Shown: positions 57,112-64,000 of the stretch, in pieces
How positions within the stretch are numbered: the first letter of the stretch is position 1
How the letters are laid out: the number at the start of each line of letters is the position of its first letter
DNA from: Campylobacteraceae bacterium
GTDB lineage: Bacteria > Campylobacterota > Campylobacteria > Campylobacterales > Sulfurovaceae
DNA: 64,000 nucleotides
Assembly: GCA_027100635.1 (NCBI GenBank)
Contig: JAMOOQ010000051.1
Coordinates: forward strand, 4,459 to 68,458
Direction: 5' to 3'
The notes under the pieces: generated by a model
Seen by the model: only the letters and a program-made list of their open reading frames with translations
Database searches by the model: none
Told to the model about the DNA's origin: nothing
Position numbers and translations under genes: made by a program

Positions 57112-59067
57112 ATGTCTTGCCATAAAAAAGTATACATAACAACACCTATTTACTATGTAAATGATATAGCTCATATAGGACACGCATATACCACCATAAT
57201 TGCCGATACACTAGCACGATATTCACGACTTACTGGTCTTGATACATTTTTTTTAACTGGAACTGATGAGCATGGTCAAAAAATTGAACACTCTGCATTA
57301 GCTAGAAATAAAACTCCCCAAGAGTACGCAGATGAAATATCGGCAACATTTAAAAATCTTTGGGATGATTTTGATATTAGTTATGATAAATTTATCAGAA
57401 CAACTGACCCAGAACATAAAAAAGGTGTACAAAAAGCTTTTTCAACTATGTTTGGAAATGGTGATATATATAAAGATGTATATAAAGGTCACTATTGTAT
57501 CTCTTGTGAGACATTTTTCCCTAAATCTCAACTTGTTGATAATGAGTTTTGTCCTGATTGTGGTAAAGCAACTACTATCATAGAAGAGGAGAGTTACTTT
57601 TTTAGACTTTCTAAATATCAAGATAGACTTTTAGCATGGTATAATGACAATGAAAATGTGATTTTGCCAAAGAGTAAAAGAAATGAGGTGATTCGATTTG
57701 TTGAGGGTGGTCTTACAGATTTATCTATCACAAGAACAAGCTTTGATTGGGGTGTAAAACTTCCAGATAATATGAATGATCCAAAACATGTTATGTATGT
57801 ATGGTTAGATGCTTTAATGAATTATGTTACAGCTCTAGGATATGGAGATGATGAAGAGAAAATGGATTATTGGTCTGCAAGAGTCCACCTTATTGGTAAA
57901 GATATTCTAAGGTTTCATGCAATCTACTGGCCAGCATTTTTGATGAGCCTTGGATTAGAACTTCCAAAACATATTGCTGCTCATGGTTGGTGGACACGAG
58001 ATGGTGAAAAAATGAGTAAATCAAAAGGTAATGTTGTTAATCCCAAAGAGGTTGCAGATGCTTATGGACTTGATAATTTTAGATATTTTATGCTGAGAGA
58101 AGTTCCATTTGGTGGTGATGGTGACTTTAGCCAAAAAGCTTTAATTGATAGAATAAACTCTGATTTAGGTAACGATTTAGGTAATCTTTTAAATCGTTTA
58201 ATTGGTATGAGTGGAAAATATTTTGATGGTAAAGTTGAAAGTATAAATGTAGAAAAATATTATAAAATTGAACTTGATAAAACAGATGAACATTTAAATA
58301 ATCTTGAACCTCTAATATTTAATATGCAAATTCATAGATATTTAGAGGAGCTTTGGAGACCATTAAGTGTAGCAAATAAAGCAATTGATCAATATCAACC
58401 GTGGAATTTAATGAAAGAGGGTAAGCAAGAAGAAGCGATGGCTCTTAATGGTTTAATTGCAAATATTTTGGCAAAAGTTTCTATTATGTTGTCTCCTGTA
58501 ATGCCACAAATAACAACAAAAATTGCTGATTCTTTAAGCTTTAGTATTGATAATAATAGTTGGCAAGGGATGATAAATGATAAAAATTTATTAGATACTT
58601 TTGTAATAGAAAAGATTCCACCACTATTTCCAAGAATAGAAGAGAAATTACTTGAAACACCAGAAGTGGAAAAAAAGAAAAAGATAGAACCTAAAAAAGA
58701 GAAAAAATCTAACAGTAGCACTACAACCGAAGATGGTGTAGCTTTTATAGGGATTGATCAGTTTTTTCAAACTTCACTTAAAATTGGTACGGTAGTTCAA
58801 GCAGATGAAGTGCCTAAAAGTAAGAAACTTCTTTTACTTCAGGTTGATGTTGGTGAAAAAGAGAATAGACAAGTTGTAGCAGGGATAAAAGAGTGGTACA
58901 GTGCAGAAGATATGTTATCTACTCAAGTTTGTGTTGTAGCAAATTTAAAACCAGCCAAACTCATGGGATACCTAAGTGAAGGTATGTTGTTAGCGGCAAA
59001 AGATAGTAGTGGATTGTCACTAATCATACCAGAAGCTCCTAAGCAAAACGGTACAAATATAGGATAA
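57112..59067 (+). CDS. metG: Methionyl-tRNA synthetase with a C-terminal tRNA-binding domain
   Basis: 'HIGHAYT' (HIGH), 'KMSKS', and a zinc knuckle 'CISC...CPDCG'. Confidence 0.97.
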   Translation: MSCHKKVYITTPIYYVNDIAHIGHAYTTIIADTLARYSRLTGLDTFFLTGTDEHGQKIEHSALARNKTPQEYADEISATFKNLWDDFDISYDKFIRTTDPEHKKGVQKAFSTMFGNGDIYKDVYKGHYCISCETFFPKSQLVDNEFCPDCGKATTIIEEESYFFRLSKYQDRLLAWYNDNENVILPKSKRNEVIRFVEGGLTDLSITRTSFDWGVKLPDNMNDPKHVMYVWLDALMNYVTALGYGDDEEKMDYWSARVHLIGKDILRFHAIYWPAFLMSLGLELPKHIAAHGWWTRDGEKMSKSKGNVVNPKEVADAYGLDNFRYFMLREVPFGGDGDFSQKALIDRINSDLGNDLGNLLNRLIGMSGKYFDGKVESINVEKYYKIELDKTDEHLNNLEPLIFNMQIHRYLEELWRPLSVANKAIDQYQPWNLMKEGKQEEAMALNGLIANILAKVSIMLSPVMPQITTKIADSLSFSIDNNSWQGMINDKNLLDTFVIEKIPPLFPRIEEKLLETPEVEKKKKIEPKKEKKSNSSTTTEDGVAFIGIDQFFQTSLKIGTVVQADEVPKSKKLLLLQVDVGEKENRQVVAGIKEWYSAEDMLSTQVCVVANLKPAKLMGYLSEGMLLAAKDSSGLSLIIPEAPKQNGTNIG

Positions 59068-59069
59068 AT

Positions 59070-60053
59070 ATGAAAATAGAAGATATTATAAATTTAACAA
59101 ATGGAGTTTTAGAAAACTCTCCACAGGTTCAATCAATTGAATCTGCAACGGTTTTTCCATCAAAAGTAGAGATAGGTGATCTGTTTATATCATCAGATAA
59201 AGAGGAAATTGATAGAGCTATTGAAAATGGTGCTTATGCAATAATATATGATAATGATTCAATAGCCAAAAGCGATTCTGAGATTGCATGGATAAAAGTT
59301 GATGATATTAAAGATGCATCATTTAGATTAATTAGATATGTTATTTTGAATAAAGATGTAAACTTTAGATATTTAACACCTCATCAAGTTAGTTTTTTGA
59401 AAATGATAATAACTCAAAAAAGTAATATAACAATTTTAGTTGATGACTGGAGAAAAGCTTTTGAACAAGTTATTAATTCAAATGGAAAACTTTTTGTAGG
59501 AAATAATCAAAAACTTATGGGTATGATAAAATCTAACATGAAAATATTAGATAAAAAAGTAGATGGTTATATTATTAGTGATACACTTTTTAAATCTACA
59601 TTTAAAATAGAGAAATATATCTATCAAGAGAAAGAATTAGTACCATTTCATTTTGATGAATTAACTAAAGTAGTAAAGTTTTGTCAAGATTTTGAATTAC
59701 CATATTCTGTAGATAGGGTAAAATATACTAAACATTTTTCACCAATCTTTATTGATAGTGATTTAAATAAAACACAATCTAGCAAGAGTGATAAAGTTCT
59801 TATATTTGTGGATAATCTTGCAGATATTGTAGATGCAAGAGAGTATATAAAACACAATGGTAAGTGGATAAAAAGTATAATTCTTACACCACCAAAAGTA
59901 AAAATACCACAAATAATGGATAATCCACACTGGTTTAAAAATTCTGACGAGGCAAAAACTATACTAAAATCTATGCATTTTAATTATGCACTTGTTTATA
60001 CATTAGATAAAAGTATTTTAAATAATATTAAAGATGAATATAGCTTATTTTAA
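59070..60053 (+). CDS. Conserved hypothetical protein
   Basis: 327-aa ORF starting 3 nt after metG. No family recognised with confidence. Confidence 0.5.
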   Translation: MKIEDIINLTNGVLENSPQVQSIESATVFPSKVEIGDLFISSDKEEIDRAIENGAYAIIYDNDSIAKSDSEIAWIKVDDIKDASFRLIRYVILNKDVNFRYLTPHQVSFLKMIITQKSNITILVDDWRKAFEQVINSNGKLFVGNNQKLMGMIKSNMKILDKKVDGYIISDTLFKSTFKIEKYIYQEKELVPFHFDELTKVVKFCQDFELPYSVDRVKYTKHFSPIFIDSDLNKTQSSKSDKVLIFVDNLADIVDAREYIKHNGKWIKSIILTPPKVKIPQIMDNPHWFKNSDEAKTILKSMHFNYALVYTLDKSILNNIKDEYSLF

Positions 60054-60060
60054 AAAATTA

Positions 60061-60114
60061 AGGGCAACCATAAAGGATTGCCCCTACTGTAGGGGTACCT
60101 CTTGTAGGTACCCT
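60061..60114 (+). repeat. GC-rich composite repeat, family 2, best copy
   Basis: 'agggcaaccataaaggattgcccctactgtaggggtacctcttgtaggtaccct'. Stems GGGCAA/TTGCCC and CCCCTAC/GTAGGGG, plus two GGTACC sites. Starts 8 nt after the stop codon. Confidence 0.7.
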
Positions 60115-60144
60115 ATTCCTTAGAAAAGATAAAAAAGAGATAAA

Positions 60145-60432
60145 ATGACAATAACAAAAAGTGTTACATTTATAGCAAAAGATTCTTGTGAAGAGAAAAT
60201 GAAAGATTTGCTTACTGCAATGGTTGAGCCATCAAAAAAAGAGGATGGTTGTATTTTTTATGAAATTTTTCAATATGAAAATGAGCCAAAAAGATTTATG
60301 GCAGTGGAGACTTGGAGAGATGAAAAAGCATTAGATGGTCATAAAACCTCTACGCACTATAAAATATATAAATCAAGTTATGAGCCATTTTGTGATGATA
60401 AATATTCAGATGAACTAGAAGTTTTAGGATAA
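60145..60432 (+). CDS. ABM-domain (antibiotic biosynthesis monooxygenase-like) protein
   Basis: 95 aa with 'FYEIFQYENEPKRFMAVETWRDEKALDGH', typical of YgiN-like ABM proteins. Confidence 0.75.
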   Translation: MTITKSVTFIAKDSCEEKMKDLLTAMVEPSKKEDGCIFYEIFQYENEPKRFMAVETWRDEKALDGHKTSTHYKIYKSSYEPFCDDKYSDELEVLG

Positions 60433-60435
60433 TCT

Positions 60436-61614
60436 ATGAAAAACTTATACTCTGATTTAGAGGTTAAAAATTTTACTAGTGATATAGATTTAAGAGTTTA
60501 CACCTCAAATTTACTTGGTCAAAATGATGAACTGGTTTTACATGGTGGTGGAAACACATCTGTAAAAAGTGTTGTAGATGGTGAAGATATTTTATATGTA
60601 AAAGGTAGTGGTTGGGATTTGGTCTCAATTAAAGCAGAGGGATTTGCCCCTGTAAAGTTTGATACTTTAAAAGAGATGGCAAAACTTGATTATTTAAGTG
60701 ACACAGATATGGTATTACAGCAAAAAGAGGCAATGATAGATAAATCTGCTCCAAACCCATCAGTTGAAGCTATTTTACATGCAATTATCCCATTTAGATT
60801 CGTAGACCATACTCATGCAGATGCAGTTGTGACAATATCAAATAGTAAAGATGGGATTAAAAATATTCAAAAAGTTTTTCCAAATTTTTTAATTATCCCT
60901 TATGTTATGCCTGGATTTATTTTGGCTCAAAAGATTTATGAGATGAGTAAAGATTTAGATTGGAATAGTATTGATGGAATAATCTTACATAATCATGGCA
61001 TCTTTACATTTGATAATGATGCAAAAATCTCATACACTAAAATGATAAATGCCGTAACTAAAGCAGAAGAATTTTTAGATAAATTTGCAAAATTAGAGCT
61101 AAAAGATTATCCAAAAACAGTTATTACAAATATTATAGAATTTGGGATAAGTTTTATTAAGATGAAGGGATCTGATTCAGTTTCAATTAAAAACCAATCA
61201 GAAATAGCAAAAAACTTTGCTTCTCAAAAGAATTTAAAAACCTTTGCAACTCGTGGTGTTTTAACTCCTGAACATATCCTAAGAACAAAAAGAGTTCCAT
61301 TAGTTTTAGAAGAGGGTGATGATTTAGAAAATAAAATCACAGAATATAGAGAGAATTATAAAAAGTATTTTAAAACATTTGCTAAAGATGAAATTATGCT
61401 AGACCCAAATCCAAATTGGATAGTTCTTGAAAATTTTGGAATAATAAGCTTTGGAAAAACTCAAAAAGAGGCTAAAATTATAGATGATATTATTAGTCAT
61501 ACTATGAAAGCAGTTTTAAGAGCTGATAAATTGGGTGGTTATCAAAGTATAAATTTACAAGATAGCTTTGATATGGAATATTGGGAACTTGAACAAAATA
61601 AGTTAAAGAAGTAA
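60436..61614 (+). CDS. Class II aldolase/adducin-domain protein
   Basis: 'VLHGGGNTSVK' and 'HTHADAV' match the N-terminal aldolase module of the bifunctional aldolase/SDR family. Confidence 0.7.
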   Translation: MKNLYSDLEVKNFTSDIDLRVYTSNLLGQNDELVLHGGGNTSVKSVVDGEDILYVKGSGWDLVSIKAEGFAPVKFDTLKEMAKLDYLSDTDMVLQQKEAMIDKSAPNPSVEAILHAIIPFRFVDHTHADAVVTISNSKDGIKNIQKVFPNFLIIPYVMPGFILAQKIYEMSKDLDWNSIDGIILHNHGIFTFDNDAKISYTKMINAVTKAEEFLDKFAKLELKDYPKTVITNIIEFGISFIKMKGSDSVSIKNQSEIAKNFASQKNLKTFATRGVLTPEHILRTKRVPLVLEEGDDLENKITEYRENYKKYFKTFAKDEIMLDPNPNWIVLENFGIISFGKTQKEAKIIDDIISHTMKAVLRADKLGGYQSINLQDSFDMEYWELEQNKLKK

Positions 61615-61632
61615 AAATCCTTTACAAATAGT

Positions 61633-62145
61633 TTATAGTGTACTTTTTATATGAAGTAGATTTTTATAAATATCTTTTAGGTCATCTATCTTAGTAGAAT
61701 CAAAGTTAGATGATACAAAATATTGATACTTATTTTCTCCTAATTTTTCTAATATCACAAAGTTCCAAATAGCACCAATAATATAAGCCCCTCTCATAGA
61801 TAATATATTATTTAATTCTACTCCACTTATCATCTCTGCTAAAAGTTGAGGTCTTGGATTACTAAACTCTTCTCCTCTTTTAAACTCTTGAATAAAAAAA
61901 TATGGTTATTTACTTTTTAGTAATCCTTTAGAAACTACAAAGTCAAGTGTACCTTTTAGTATAAATTTATCAGTTTTATAAATTAGTCTCTCTTCATAAA
62001 AACCTCTTATTCTTTTGTCTAATAGAAAGAAATCTACTCTGTTAATCAGTGGTATTATAAAATTTGCTTTTAAATCCTCTTCACTATAATCAGATATAAA
62101 TATTTTATCTTTATTGATTAATTTTTGTAAAAAATCTATTTCATA
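61633..62145 (-). pseudogene. HsdR_N-like PD-(D/E)xK nuclease-fold protein, disrupted
   Basis: My own translation: 'YEIDFLQKLINKDKIFISDYSEEDLKANFIIPLINRVDF...KGTLDFVVSKGLLKSK*PYFFIQEFKRGEE...PRPQLLAEMISGVE...RGAYIIGAIWNFVILEK'. In-frame TAA at 61906-61908. The only nearby ATG (62144) is out of frame. Confidence 0.5.
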
Positions 62146-62269
62146 TTATTGTATCTTTTTTAAGTTTAATCTCTGCTATATATAATCTTTTAAGTAAAAT
62201 TTAAAAAAACTTTTATTTAGATTTTTAGTTATTTTGGGTAAAATGTTCAATCAAAACTATGGAGATTTT

Positions 62270-63196
62270 ATGAATATACTTAAAATACTGTCAATTTCAT
62301 TGGTGCTTTTCTCATCTGCTTATGCTTCAGATTCTTTTACAAAGTATGATGATTTATGTGAAAAGATTGATACACAAGAGTGTGTTAATGATGTTAATCA
62401 AATTAAAAACCTACAGATCGCTTTAAATTCAAATAAAAATTTAAAGATTAAACTTAAAACAGATGGAAAGTGGGGAGATGAAACAAAGAAAGCTGTTATA
62501 AAGTTTCAAGAATATTATAAGATAACTCCAGTCGCTGGATATGTTGGAACTAAAACAAAAAGAAAATTAGAGGAAATATCTAAAAATATAAAAATTGCTA
62601 AAAAAAAGATTAAGACAAAAAAGAGAATTAAAACAAAAAAAAGATTAAAGATAAAATCTTATGCAGATTTTAGAAAAAAAATAAATTTAAGAAGAAGCTT
62701 TAGAATTTTTAAAGATAAAAAGCTTTTAAGTAAAGCAAACTCCCATAATACAAAACTAAAAATAGATATTAGCGAACAAAGAATAAGACTTTATGTTAAT
62801 AATAAAGTTGCATTATGTTCACCTTGTACAACTGGTGCAAAACGAAAGCTTGAGCCAAATACAAGAAGTATTAGAGATAAAAGAACACCAAAAGGTATAT
62901 TTAAAATAAAAGAGAAGATTGCAGATAAGCGTTCAACAATTTTTGGTAAATTTTATAAAAATGGAAAAATGGTTTATAAAGGTGATAGGAGAAAATATAA
63001 AGGTGGCAAGGCAAAATATGTGGGTGCATCATTAAGAAACTGGATGAGATTAACAAGTGGTGGAATTGGGCTTCATGCAAGTAGATATGTAAAAAGAGAT
63101 CCTGGGACAAATGGATGCATAAGACTGCCATTTAAAGTAGCAAGTACAATTTTTGCTAAAGTAAACAGAGGAACACAAGTTAGTATTGTAAATTAG
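62270..63196 (+). CDS. L,D-transpeptidase (YkuD) with a PG_binding_1 domain
   Basis: 'DGKWGDETKKAVIKFQEYY' and the catalytic 'GIGLHAS...GTNGCIRLP'. I prefer the ATG at 62270 (signal peptide 'MNILKILSISLVLFSSAYA'). Confidence 0.85.
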   Translation: MNILKILSISLVLFSSAYASDSFTKYDDLCEKIDTQECVNDVNQIKNLQIALNSNKNLKIKLKTDGKWGDETKKAVIKFQEYYKITPVAGYVGTKTKRKLEEISKNIKIAKKKIKTKKRIKTKKRLKIKSYADFRKKINLRRSFRIFKDKKLLSKANSHNTKLKIDISEQRIRLYVNNKVALCSPCTTGAKRKLEPNTRSIRDKRTPKGIFKIKEKIADKRSTIFGKFYKNGKMVYKGDRRKYKGGKAKYVGASLRNWMRLTSGGIGLHASRYVKRDPGTNGCIRLPFKVASTIFAKVNRGTQVSIVN

Positions 63197-63204
63197 GATC
63201 AAAA

Positions 63205-64000
63205 TTGAAAACAAAAAGTTTATATATATCATCATCACAAACTGGTACAATTGTGATAACCATTGGAATAATGGAGATATTAAAAAGGGATTTACATCGT
63301 ATCGCTTTTTTTAGACCAATTATAAAAGGTAAAGAAAGAGTTGATAATAATATAAATTTTATGATAAAACACTTTAAATTGGATTTAAAATATGAAGATG
63401 CTTTTGTTTATAATGTTGATGAATTTGAAGATTTAATTGCAAGAGATAAAACAGATGAGATTATAGAGAATATTATTCAAAAATATAATTATCTTGAACA
63501 AAACTATGATTTTGTTCTTATCCAAGGATTATCTTCATTTAAACAATTTTTAAATTATAATATTAATTATCTCATTGCCAAAAATTTAAATAGTGGTTTT
63601 ATCAATGTAATTAATGCCAAAGATAGATTAATAGAGGAGATTCAAAGGGATATTGAATTTGAAACTAGAGCAGTTTTAAGGGCAGGTTGCAACTATTTTA
63701 GCTCATTTATTAATAGAGTTGATATTAATAGTATCTCTAATTTAAAAGATAATAACCTTTTTGTGATGCCAGAGATTGAAGAGCTAAATCTTCCTACCGT
63801 TTTTGATGTTATAAAAGAGCTTGATGCAGAATTAATTTTGGGAAATAAAAAACAATTAAATAGTATTATAAAACAAAATAAAGTAATGGCTATGAATACA
63901 GAACATTTTTTGACCCATATAGAAGAGGGTGATTTAATTGTAACATCAGGAGATAGAACAGATGTTATTTTAGGTGTTATTAGTGCAAATTATTCAAAAG
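63205..64000 (+). CDS. pta: Phosphate acetyltransferase, N-terminal part (runs off the window)
   Basis: My own translation from the TTG at 63205: 'KTKSLYISSSQTGTIVITIGIMEILKRDLHRIAFFRPII...', followed by the DRTGG-region 'GDLIVTSGDRTDVILGV'. Open to the window end. Confidence 0.8.
   Translation, partial: MKTKSLYISSSQTGTIVITIGIMEILKRDLHRIAFFRPIIKGKERVDNNINFMIKHFKLDLKYEDAFVYNVDEFEDLIARDKTDEIIENIIQKYNYLEQNYDFVLIQGLSSFKQFLNYNINYLIAKNLNSGFINVINAKDRLIEEIQRDIEFETRAVLRAGCNYFSSFINRVDINSISNLKDNNLFVMPEIEELNLPTVFDVIKELDAELILGNKKQLNSIIKQNKVMAMNTEHFLTHIEEGDLIVTSGDRTDVILGVISANYSK

Overview
AT-rich chromosomal window. Gene content and order (hydABCD plus hypFBCDEA, and lpxC-thrB-ylxR-infB-rbfA-rimP) point to a Campylobacterota genome, probably Arcobacter-like; this placement is inference. 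It opens with the 3' part of a 23S rRNA and a 5S rRNA, followed by a decayed transposase/TetR remnant. A complete minus-strand [NiFe]-hydrogenase structural and maturation cluster follows (22355 down to 2398). Next come a signalling/vWA block, housekeeping operons (ilvC, lpxC, thrB, infB, rbfA, rimP, ribD, asd), the rpmH-rnpA-yidC-jag-mnmE cluster, and guaB, hldE, metG and pta. The main hunt result is a tightly packed four-gene cassette (5501-11314) that splits hypD from hypE. It encodes a protein fusing a MORC/Hsp90-like GHKL ATPase to a histidine kinase, a receiver-domain protein with an unknown output domain, a 244-aa protein with no recognisable family, and an orphan N6-adenine DNA methyltransferase. 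I read it as a candidate methylation-associated, two-component-signalling defence system that matches no named system I know. A second intra-operon insertion (39839-41465) places a ParA-like ATPase and an Rx4H HEPN-like protein between infB and rbfA. Other observations are a hybrid histidine kinase with all three phosphorelay residues substituted, two families of structured intergenic repeats sitting just 3' of stop codons, and several decayed defence or mobile-gene remnants (DUF262-like, HsdR_N-like, DDE transposase). No tRNA genes or CRISPR arrays were seen. All domain calls come from reading motifs by eye in the supplied translations; no searches were run.
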